From contig OZ024740.1 of assembly GCA_964016885.1 (NCBI GenBank), positions 43,028,001 to 43,092,000 on the forward strand: a stretch of 64,000 bases of DNA. The letters are read 5' to 3'. Below the pieces are notes generated by a model. The model saw only the letters and a program-made list of their open reading frames with translations. It was not told the origin of the DNA and ran no database searches. Shown here piece after piece: positions 52,515 through 64,000 of this stretch. The stretch comes from Eledone cirrhosa. Taxonomy: Eukaryota. Within the stretch, counting starts at the first letter, position 1. Every line of letters starts with the position of its first letter. A program made the translations under genes and the position numbers.

Positions 52515-52972
52515 TAGAAATTACAAGTACAATCCATTAATGGAACAGTAAAAATATGTAAAACATTCCAAAATTGTTGCATCTAATAACTGCATATACA
52601 CATGTACAGATACAAAGCATACATACAACTCAAAACATCCACATCCACACATACAATAACATCCATATCTACACATGCATGCATGCAGGCATGCATACAC
52701 AATCGACCTAGTTGATGTTGTGTAAATTCCAATGAGATAGTCTTGTGTCTAGGTTAGAAACCAACTCTCTCTTTATTGGGAAAAAATTTGTGAAATTATA
52801 AAACCAGAATAACATACATATATACATACATAAAAATTTGTGAAATTATAAAACCAGAAGAACATACATATATACATACATAAAAATTTGTGAAATTATA
52901 AAACCAAAAGAACATACATATATACATACATAAAAATTTGTGAAATTATAAAACCAAGAAAACATACATACG
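52515..52972 (+). mobile_element. R4/Dong-like 3' end with 4 tandem 50-bp terminal repeats
   Basis: Matches 50417-50716; aaatttgtgaaattataaaacc at 52784, 52834, 52884 and 52934. Confidence 0.85.
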
Positions 52973-53639
52973 CAAATACATATAGCTTTATGTCCTGCCT
53001 TTCATACGAAATCACGCATGCGAATATATTGAGATGGCAATTCTTACGTATTGAACGTTTTAAACACGACACACTATATTGCCAATAAGAATATTGCTCC
53101 CAATTTAATTTAAATTGTAGTGTTTGTTTACAATCTTTCTTCCTACTTGAAATATGATTTAGTTGGATAAATGTAATAACTATATCATTTTACAATTCTA
53201 AAATTGATTTACGAAAAACCATAAAACTGCACTGAAATTCCAATAGTGAGACGAAGCACGAGGGTTTATGTCGCATTGATTTGCTCAATATAATGAACAA
53301 TCAAGAGATATTGTGATTTCTCATAGGGATGAAATCAACTATTGTCAACTTGAAGATTATTCAATAGGTGACATATAGCGAGTCCCATGCATATTAGGGT
53401 ATGACAAACAAGTTATTAAGGTGTCAATGTAACTGTAAACGAATGTCTTTCTCAAACAATTGTCAGCCATATTACATGAGATGTAATATTTCCTTTCACA
53501 GAAAACTAAATTCACAAGAAAATATATATTTGTTTCTCATTTGAGAAAATTAGACTTCGGAAATACACTCTCACGTATGTTGGAAGTAGAACTGCAAGCT
53601 CATATCCTCTGCGTCTATTCGTTCGTAATTATATATATA

Positions 53640-53852
53640 CGTTAAAATGAAGTACCAGTAATGTACTGAGTAATTGCTGGCCTTGTGCTAAAAGTAGAAA
53701 CAATTATATATATACGTTACAGCCCTTGCCATTCTGAGTTCAAATCCCGCCGAGGTTAACTTTGCCTTTCATCCTTATGGGGTCGATAAAATAAAGTACC
53801 AGTAATACACTGGGAAACTGCTGGCCTTGTACCAAAAGTAGAAACAATTATA
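53640..53852 (+). mobile_element. tRNA-SINE copies
   Basis: gagttcaaatcccgccgaggttaactttgcctttcatcc..gtcgataaaataaagtaccag. Confidence 0.75.
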
Positions 53853-53879
53853 TATACATGGGTTTGTATATTTATTAAT

Positions 53880-54132
53880 GTATGTATGTTCTTTTGGTAT
53901 AATAATTTTATAAATTTTAACCAATTGAGAGAGAGTTGGTTTATAACAGAGACACAAGACTTTCTCGTTGGAATTTAAACAACATCAACTAGGTAGATAT
54001 GTATGCATGTCTGCACGCAGGCTTTTGTATGTGTGTATGTGGATGTTTTGAGTTATAAGTGTGCATGTGCATATGCTTTGTATCTATAAATGTGTATATG
54101 CAGTTATTAGAGGCAGAACTTTTGGAATGTTT
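53880..54132 (-). mobile_element. R4/Dong-like LINE 3' UTR fragment
   Basis: Reverse complement of the 50460-50716 type tail, ending in (CATA)n. Confidence 0.75.
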
Positions 54133-54135
54133 TAC

Positions 54136-54166
<31 letters not shown>

Positions 54167-54208
54167 TGTATGTATGTATGTATGTATGTATGTATGTATG
54201 TATGTATG

Positions 54209-55300
54209 TCTACCTGGGAAGCACTGTCAATCGATACAGCAACCTTGACAGTGAAATCACACTTAGGATTGGGAAAGCAAGTGATGCTTTCGGAAAGCTA
54301 GAAAGGCGACTCTGGGGTCGGCGAGACATATGCAGGAGGACAAAGGTAAAGGTGTACAGGGCATGTGTGCTCTCTTGTCTTCATTATGCCTGCGAGACCT
54401 GGGTCACATATCGACACCACCTTAAGCAATTGGAGCGTTTCCATCAGATGTGTCTCAGACGGATCCATGGTGTTCACTGGAGGGACCATATCAGTGATGT
54501 CGAGATTTTGGAAAGCTCTATGTGTGACAGTATAGAAGCTCTTGTGCTTAAGCAACGACTCCGTTGGAGTGGTCACCTTGCCAGGATGAAGGATTCTTTT
54601 ATGGAGAGTTGGTTAAAGGAAAACGACCGCCACATAAACCAAAAAAGAGGTATAAGGATTCCTTGAAAGCATCTCTGATAGACGCTAACATCTCTGCTGA
54701 TACATGGGAGAATATTGCTGCTGATCGTAATAAATGGAGAAAGACTGTATATGAGGGAAAAGTTGCCTTTGAGGCATCTCGAATCGCATACGAGAAAGTA
54801 AAGCGGGATGTGAGGAAGGGCATTGCTGTTGCACTTCCAGACGGCGAGGGTCCTCCTAAGGTGCTGACATGCAGCGTATGTGCGAGACTCTGCCTAAGCA
54901 AAGCTGGACTCGAAAGTCATCTTCGCAGTCATAAAGTAAGACCAGTGGTTGACTACCAGGCTGCTCTTGGAGATGCTACTCATCATGCTTGCCAAACATG
55001 TGGTACAGAATGTAAATCAGCAGGAGGGCTCAAGCGACATGCAAAACTAGACGAACTCCAACCACAGCCGACTATTCCCAGTGAATGTTTTGGTTGCCGA
55101 CTCTGTGCAAGACATTTTAGATCATTGGCTGGGCTAAAAAGCCACATTCGATCGCAGCGCTGTTAGTTGCTATCGTGTGTGTGTGTGTGTAGATACGTTT
55201 ATGTGTGTGCGTGTGTGTGTATATATATATATGTATATTATATTATTATTATTGTTGTTATTATTATTGTTGTTATTATTATTATTATTATTGTTATTAA
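54209..55300 (+). mobile_element. 5'-truncated RTE-clade LINE with three C-terminal C2H2 motifs
   Basis: YLGS..RIGKASDAFGKL..TKVKVYRACVL..YACETW..WSGHLARM; a small deletion at ~54595 shifts the frame; stop at 55166. Confidence 0.88.
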
Positions 55301-55411
55301 TGTATGTGTGTGTGTATATGTGTGTGGGTGTGTGTGTGTGTGTATATATGTGTATGTATGTGTATATATATATATATTTCTTTTTTTTTTATTTATTTCT
55401 TTTTTTTTTTG

Positions 55412-55441
<30 letters not shown>

Positions 55442-55443
<2 letters not shown>

Positions 55444-58400
55444 AGTTGTATTTATCTTGCTTTATTTTCATACGAGTTATCACCAAGTCACAACCAGTGA
55501 CCTCAAGAGACAACAAGGTCCGCCATGTTCAAGGAAGAACATACATACTCACACATGCATCTTTAGTGTTTAGACTTGTGATGTACTTATATTGATAGAA
55601 TCTTCCTTAGTATATGGGCAGTTCCCATTAGTACTATCTTTTGTATTTCTCCTATACGCGGGTTTCCTGGGATCTGCGATAAGTAATCATTAGACCCCTT
55701 AGGTATGATTCCCAGAGCGCCTACAACCACTGGTATTGTTTTAGTTCTCAATTTCCACATTTTTCCAATTTCTATCTCCAGGTCCTTATACTTGCTCAAT
55801 TTTTCAAATGTTTTTATAGATACATTCTTGTCTATTGGAACAGACATATCAATTAGCAGGCATACCCTCTTTTTAAAGTCCTTCAATATTATATCAGGTC
55901 TATTTGCATCTATTTTTCGGTCTGTTTGGATGCTAAAGTTCCACAAGATTGAGATGTGATCTTTTTCAAGTATGGGAGGTGGTTGATGCTCCCACCAATT
56001 CTTTTGATGGGCAGGTCAAAATGCTTACACATTATCCAATGTATGTATTGTGCAGCTCTGTCATGCGTGTTTAGGTATTCGGTTGGAGCTATAGGACTGC
56101 ACATTGAAATTATATGGTCAATGGTCTCTGGTTGTTCTTTGCATACACGGCATAATGGGCTGCATCCATTTTTTATTATGTTGGCTTGGTAATTTTTTGT
56201 TGGCAGACACTGATCTTGTGCTGATATAATCAGTCCTTCAGTCTCCGATTTCAGTCCAGAGGATGCCAACCACTGATGGGTTAAAGTTTTGTCAACATCA
56301 GGATTGTTAGCTCGCTCTGGGTATTTTCCATACAAAGGCTTTTCTTGCCATTTCTTAGCCTGTTTCTGTAGCAGTTCTTTCTTTGCAGTTACTTTTACCT
56401 GCTTTGCTTTTTCTGTGTTTTCCATTTCAGCAGTAAATGGGACTTCTGAAATTTGTAGTCCATTACTGTATCTTTGTGCATCTTTTGTAATGGAATATGA
56501 TCTTTTGATGCTTTCGTGTTTCAAAACGAGTTTGATCATCCAATCATGTGATTCCCTTAGATATGTAGATAATCCAATTGTTGCAGTTTTCAACGCAATG
56601 TCTAACTGAATTAACCCACGCCCTCTATCTTTCCTAGGGAGATATATTCTATCTATATCTGCCTTAGGGTGATGCATTCTGTGCATCGTTAAGAATTTTC
56701 GAATTTTTGTATCGAGCCTACGGATCTCTGTGCTTGACCAGTTGATGACATTGTAACTGTAGGTTACTACTGGTATGGCAAGCGTGTTTATGGCATCGAT
56801 CCTATTCCTTGCATTCAATTCCGTTCTTAAGATTGCTCTTACTCTGCGGTAACATTCCTTCCTTATCCTTTCCCTCATTGTCGAGTGCTTGATTCCGTCT
56901 CCTTCACAAACACCTAGATATTTGTAAGTTTTTTCTTGATCAAGTTCTCTTATCACGTTCCCCCGATCAAGATTAATGTCTGAACTCTTCAGCAGCTTTC
57001 CTCTGGTGAACGTCGCTTTGGTGCATTTATCTAGTCCAAACTCCATTTTAATGTCATCACTGAACTGCTCCACAGTGGATAATAGCCCTTGCAATTGTTC
57101 ATCATTTTTTGCAAATAGTTTCAGGTCATCCATGTAGAACAGGTGATTAATGGTTTTGTCATAGACTTTATATCCATGTTTTGTTTCATTGAGCATTTTA
57201 CCTAATGGTATAAATGCGATGCAGAATAAAAGCGGTGATAAAGAGTCACCCTGAAAAATTCCACAATTAATATTAACTTCTCCAGCTTCCAGTGATTTTG
57301 TTTCACTATTCAAAAGGAGTGTCGTTTTTCATGTCTTCATACTGAATGACAAAAACCTCCTGACAACGGGGGCTATTTTGAAAATCTCTAAACATTTTTC
57401 AATCCAACTGTGTGGCAAACTATCGAATGCTTTTTTATAATCTATCCAAGCAATCGATAGATTGCTTGGATAGATTATAGATCCTTACAGCCATATGAGC
57501 CTCGTAGGTGGTCATATGTGTATTCAGTTAGGACTGATGTTAAAATTTTATACATTGTGGTCAAGCAAGTTATCGGTCTGTAATTTTTGGGATTGTTTGT
57601 CTCATCATTCTTCGGAAGCAGGAATGTAATGCCGTTAACTAGCCATGATGGTATCTTTTCTGGCTCCTTAACTATTTCATTGTAAAGTTGGGCTAACAGC
57701 TCATAAGACTCTGTGAAGGCATTTATCCAAAAGTTTTGTATTTTGTCTTTTCCTGGGGATTTCCATTTGCTGGTTTTTCTTAGAGCCAAGCGCAACTGTT
57801 CAACTGTTATATTTTCCCATATTTGTTCCTCAAGGTGAGATGTATCTTTCATTTGTCTATCTATCCATGGTGCATGTATGTTATGAACTTTTTCTTCGGC
57901 CCAGATCTTTTCCCAGAATTCTTGCACTTCATCCTTGGGTGGTATTGATTTAGCAGTTATTGTTGACTTACCAATTTTTCTGTAGAAGTTTCTTTGGTTG
58001 TTTTTGAACATATTATTATCCTTATAGAATCTAGATCGTTTTTCAAAGCGCCTTATACGAGCAGCTTTGGCCGACACTTTTTGCTTGATTATTTCTATCA
58101 GCATGTCTATGTCACATGTTGATTTTATACTGTACTTTTTTTTCAATTTTCTAAGTTTAGTTTGTTTAACATGTTCACCTACTTTATAGTTTGTTAAAAT
58201 TTCTATGTCAGATCGGAGAAGGTTTATTTGGCGATTGATGTTCTCTTGCCAAGTAGATTTCTTGTGGGTATTCCTTTGTTTTTTCATCTTCACTCCACAT
58301 AAGTGAGTGGTGACATTAGCCGATGCATAATAGAGAGGATTTAAATCAGTAATGTTTAGTTTGTTTGTGATGATAATGTTTTTGAAAATTATGTTAGTTT

Positions 58401-59159
58401 TGTGTATTATCTTTTGGTTTTGTTTGGAGTTCTGGATCTTAGGGAGGGAGTCTCGTTGCCCCATGTCAGATTCTTTCATTTTCATCCATTCGATCATAAT
58501 TTCATCCTTCAAGTTGGCAAGTTCATTCTCATTCATTTCTTTATCATTTACGATCTCATTATTTTCATTTGGAGTTTCATCCTAAGCATGCACTCCCTCC
58601 ACTTTTTCGATCCTTTCTTTAATTTGTTCTGTTGCCATTGATTCCGTCCCAACCCTGGGCTTCGAAGTGTTACAGTTTACCTCGTTTTCACTGACACGTG
58701 TTTCATTTTCCCTTCGCTGACTTTGTGCTAATAGCTTGATCTGATCAATTTCTATATCAGTTAGTAACTTTTTTCTTACAATATTTCTTCGTATATTGGC
58801 TAGTTTGTTACTGTCAATATAGCCTCTGTTTTCGGGATGTTTCTTTTTCCAGTTGATATATGTCTGTTCTGTATTCGATGTATTTGATGGGTAGTACATG
58901 GCAGTGTAGAAAGCCTCAAGGACATCTTTATTATCTTCCCTTGACCATTTTCTCTCTTTTTCTTTGGATTTCTTGGTGGTGAGCATGGAGGGCCAACAGT
59001 AGGAGTATTCCGCTTATGGGAGGTCTCCAGCTCCGAAGTGATGGGAAGGTTTGAACCATTAGCTGATTTTTCGAACACAGTCTGGTTCCTCTCTGAGGGA
59101 CGCGGCCCTTTTTTACCCGGGTGACGGCCGATCCGGTATGAGATTTTATCATTAGACAT
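55442..59159 (-). mobile_element. Near full-length R4/Dong-like RLE LINE, disrupted, with 3' end in (TAA)n
   Basis: ORF pieces 58582-58986, 57475-58536, 55910-57313, 55587-55946: WKSPGKD, NYRPITCL, GIFQGDSLSP, YMDD, CRVC..H..SMC, NRPDI..IDMSVP. Confidence 0.9.
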
Positions 59160-59171
59160 ATATATATATAT

Positions 59172-59235
<64 letters not shown>

Positions 59236-59238
<3 letters not shown>

Positions 59239-59739
59239 TATGTATGTATACGTACATACATATATGTATACAGACGTACAGTAGCATGCATATATATATA
59301 TACATATATACATACAGACACACATATATATATGTACGTATCAGTTTAGCGAACATTTATTATAATGTTCGCTTTGTCCGTTTGTAAACAAACGGACAGC
59401 CTGATTTTTGTCGTACGGTGTTAAGGCAACCACGTCACTTTTTGTTCAACATTGACACAGGAACGATGTACTTATTTCAAGCTTGTTAGCTATCGACAGC
59501 ACCGTATACCCTTCTGCCAGATGGTTGAACGTTCGAAAGTATATACTTTCCTTATGAAAATTAACGGCTGAGCAGCCTAATTTGCATATCGATTGAGGTC
59601 AGTCGGCCACGCGCACCGAAAACGATAAATGGAATAAAATGAAACGAAATTTCATTCCTCACTCTTAGTACGGCACTTACTTAAATGTAAGTATGTATGT
59701 ATACGTACATACATATATGTATATAGACGTACAGGAGCA

Positions 59740-59815
<76 letters not shown>

Positions 59816-60245
59816 TACATACTGGCACATATATATATGTAGGTATCAGTTTAGAGAACATTTATTATATTGTTCGCTTTGTTCGTTTGTAAACAAACGG
59901 ACAGACTGATTCCTGCCGTACGGTGGTATGGCAACCACGTGACCTATTTGTTCAACACTGACACAGGAACGATGTACTAGTTTCAAGATTGTTAGCTATC
60001 GTCTGCACCGTATACCCTTCAGGCAGCTGGTTGAACGTTCGAAAGTATATACTTTCCTTATGAAAGTTAACGGCTGAGCAGCCTAATTTGCATATCGAGT
60101 GAGTTCAGTCGGCCAGGCGCACCGAATACGATAAATGGAATAGAATGAAACGAAATTACAATTCTCACTCTTAGTACTGCACTTACTTAAATGTAAGTAT
60201 GTATGTATACGTACATACATATATGTATACAGACTTACAGTAGCA

Positions 60246-60296
<51 letters not shown>

Positions 60297-60744
60297 ATAT
60301 ATACATATATACATACAGGCACACATATATATACGTAAGTCTCAGTTTAGCAAACATTTATTATAATGTTCGGTCTGTTTGTTTGTAAACAAACGGACAG
60401 ACTGATTTATGTCGTACGGTGTTAAGGCAACCACGTCACCTTTTTGTTCAACATTGACACAGGAACGATGTACTTATTTCAAGCTTGTTAGCTATCGACA
60501 GCACCGTATACCCTTCTGCCAGATGGTTGAACGTTCGAGAGTATATACTTTCCTCATGAAAATTAACGGCTGAGCAGCCTAATTTGCATATCGAGTGAGT
60601 TCAGTCGGCCAGGCGCACCGAAAACGATAAATGGAATAGAATGAAACGTAATTTCATTTCTCACTCTTAGTACTGCAATGACTTAAATGTAAGTATGTAT
60701 GTATACGTACATACATATATGTATACAGACGTACAGTAGCATGA

Positions 60745-60775
<31 letters not shown>

Positions 60776-62634
60776 TACATATATACATACAGGCACACAT
60801 ATATATATGTAAGTCTCAGTTTAGCAAACATTTATTATAATGTTCGCTTTGTTCGTTTGTAAACAAACGGACAGCCTGATTTATGCCGTACGGTGTTAAG
60901 GCAACCACGTCACCTTTTTGTTCAACACTGACACAGGAACGATGTACTAGTTTCAAGCTTGTTAGCTATCGTCAGCACCGTATTTCCTTCTGCCAGATGG
61001 TTGAACGTTCAAAAGTATATACTTTCCTTATGAAAATTAACGGCTGAGCAGCCTAATTTGCATATCGAGTGAGTTCAGTAGGCCAGGCGCACCGAAAACG
61101 ATAAATGGAATAGAATGAAACGAAATTTCATTTCTCACTCGTATAACGGCGCTTACTTAAATGTAAGTATGTATGTATACGTACATACATATATGTATAT
61201 AGACGTACAGTAGCATGCATATATATATACATATATACATATATACATACAGGCACACATATATATATGTACGTCTCAGTTTAGCAAACATTTATTATAA
61301 TGTTCGCTTTGTTCGTTTGTAAACAAACGGACAGCTTGATTTATGCCGTACAGTGCTAAGGCAACCACGTCACCTTTTTGTTCAACACTGACACAGGAAC
61401 GATGAACTACTTTCAAGCTTGTTAGCTATCGTCAGCACCGTATACCCTTCTGCCAGATGGTTGAACGTTCGAAAGTATATACTTTCCTTATGAAAATTAA
61501 CGGCTGAGCAGCCTAATTTGCATATCGAGTGAGTTCAGTCGGCCAGGCGCACCGAAAACGATAAATGGAATAGAATGAAACGAAATTTCATTTCTCACTC
61601 TTAGTACGGCACTTACTTAAATGTAAGTATGTATGTATACGTACATACATATATGTATACAGACGTACAGTAGCATGAATATATATATATATATATATAT
61701 AGATATATACATATATACATACAGGCACACATATATATATGTACGTCTCAGTTTAGCAAACATTTATTATAATGTTCGCTTTGTTCGTTTGTAAACAAAC
61801 GGACAGCCTGATTTTTGTCGTACGGTGTTAAGGCAACAACGTCACCTTTTTGTTCAACACTGACACAGGAACGATGTACTAGTTTTAAGCATGTTAGCTA
61901 TCGTCAGCAGCGTATACCCTTCTGCGAGATGGTTGAACGTTCGAAAGTATATACTTTCCTTATGAAAATAAACGGCTGAGCAACCTAATTTGCATATCGA
62001 GTGAGTTCAGTCGGCCCGGCGCACCGAAAACGATAAATGGAATAGAATGAAACGAAATTTCATTTCTCACTCTTAGTACGGCACTTACTTAAATGTAAGT
62101 ATGTATGTATACGTACATACATATATGTATAGAGACGTACAGTAGCATGCATATATATATATATATATACATATATACATACAGGCACACATATATATAT
62201 ATGTACGTATCAGTTTAGCGAACATTTATTATAATGTTCGCTTTGTTCGTTTGTAAACAAACGGACAGCCTGATTTATGTCGTACGGTGTTAATGCAATC
62301 CCGTCACCTCTTTGTTCAACACTGATACAGGAACGATGTACTAGTTTCAAGCTTGTTAGCTATCGTCAGCACCGTATACCCTTCTGACAGATGGTTGAAC
62401 GTTCGAAAGTATATACTTTCCTTATGAAAATTAACGGCTGAGCAGCCTAATTTGCATATCGAGTGAGTTCAGTCGGCCAGGCGCACCGAAAACGATAAAT
62501 GGAATAGAATGAAACGAAATTTCATTTCTCACTCTTAGTACGGCACTTACTTAAATGTAAGTATGTATGTATACGTACATACATATATGTATACAGACGT
62601 ACAGTAGCATGAATATATATATATATATATATAG

Positions 62635-62667
<33 letters not shown>

Positions 62668-62675
62668 ACATACAG

Positions 62676-62717
<42 letters not shown>

Positions 62718-64000
62718 GTATCAGTTTAGCGAACATTTATTATAATGTTCGCTTTGTTCGTTTGTAAACAAACGGACAGCCTGATTTATGTCGTACGGTG
62801 TTAAGGCAACCACGTCACCTTTTTGTTCAACACTGACACAGGAATGATGTACTAGTTTCAAGCTTGTTAGCTATCATCAGCACCGTATACCCTTCTGCGA
62901 GATGATTGAACGTTCGAAAGTATATACTTTCCTTATGAAAATTAACGGCTGAGCAGCCTAATTTGCATATCGAGTGAGTTCAGTCGGCCAGGCGCACCGA
63001 AAACGATAAATGGAATAGAATGAAACGAAATTTCATTTCTCACTCTTAGTACGGCACTTACTTAAATGTAAGTATGTATGTATACGTACATACATATATG
63101 TATACAGACGTACAGTAGCATGCATGCATATATATATATATACATATATACATACAGGCACACATATATATATATGTACGTATCAGTTTAGCGAACATTT
63201 ATTATAATGTTCGCTTTGTTCGTTTGTAAACAAAGGGACATCCTGATTTATGCCGTACGGTGTTAAGGCAACCACGTCACCTTTTTGTTCAACACTGACA
63301 CAGAAACGATGTACTAGTTTTAAGTGTGTTAGCTATCGTCAGCACCGTATACCCTCCTGCCAGATGGTTGAACGTTCGAAAGTATATACTTTCCTCTTGA
63401 AAATTAACGGCTGGGCAGCCTAATTTGCATATCGAGTGAGTTCAGTCGGCCAGGCGCACCGAAAACGATAAATGGAATAGAATGAAACGAAATTTCATTT
63501 CTCACTCTTAGTACGGCACTTACTTAAATGTAAGTATGTATGTATACGTACATACATATATGTATACAGACGTACAGTAGCATGCATATATATATATATA
63601 CATATATACATACAGGCACACATATATATATGTACGTATCAGTTTAGCGAACATTTATTATAATGTTCGCTTTGTTTGTTTGTAAACAAACGGACAGCCT
63701 GTATATGTGCGCCTGGCCGACTGAACTCACTCGATATTCAAATTAGGCTGCTCAGGCGTTAATTTTCATAAGGAAAGTATATACTTTCGAACGTTCAACC
63801 ATCTGGCAGAAGGGTATACGGTGCTGACGATAGCTAACAAGCTTGAAAGTAGTTCATCGTTCCTGTGTCAGTGTTGAACAAAAAGGTGACGTGGTTGCCT
63901 TAGCACTGTACGGCATAAATCAAGCTGTCCGTTTGTTTACAAACGAACAAAGCGAACATTATAATAAATGTTTGCTAAACTGATACGTACATATATATAT
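59236..64000. repeat. Tandem array of ~460-510-bp hammerhead-containing units with variable internal (TA)n; inverted after ~63705
   Basis: aacatttattat at ~59353, 59858, 60353, 60827, 61287, 61758, 62221, 62732, 63194 and 63650; continues past the window edge. Confidence 0.93.
62333..62375 (-). ncRNA. Minimal type I hammerhead ribozyme (representative of the ~460-bp array)
   Basis: acggtg-CTGACGA-t-agc-taacaa-gct-t-GAAA-ctag-TA-catcgt. Confidence 0.88.

Overview
An AT-rich animal intergenic or intronic window with no convincing host gene. The SINE family and dense (TA)n/(CATA)n microsatellites suggest a cephalopod such as an octopus; this is inference. The window is a retroelement nest: at least 8 Penelope-like element (PLE) copies or fragments (RT and/or GIY-YIG; Neptune-, Poseidon- and Naiad-like), R4/Dong-like RLE LINEs in (CATA)n and (TAA)n tracts, RTE fragments, tRNA-SINEs and a non-autonomous Helitron. 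All long ORFs are disrupted or truncated. The main signal is non-coding. Two tandem arrays (310-bp unit at 12.4-17.8 kb; ~460-510-bp unit at 59.2-64 kb) carry a minimal type I hammerhead ribozyme (HHR) with a palindromic stem III in each unit, i.e. retrozyme-like elements. Both arrays flip orientation internally in the same tail-out geometry as the neighbouring HHR-bearing PLEs with inverted pLTRs. About 45 HHR or HHR-like motifs are visible by eye, including long-stem-II and atypical-core variants. All RNA folds were read manually and were not computed.
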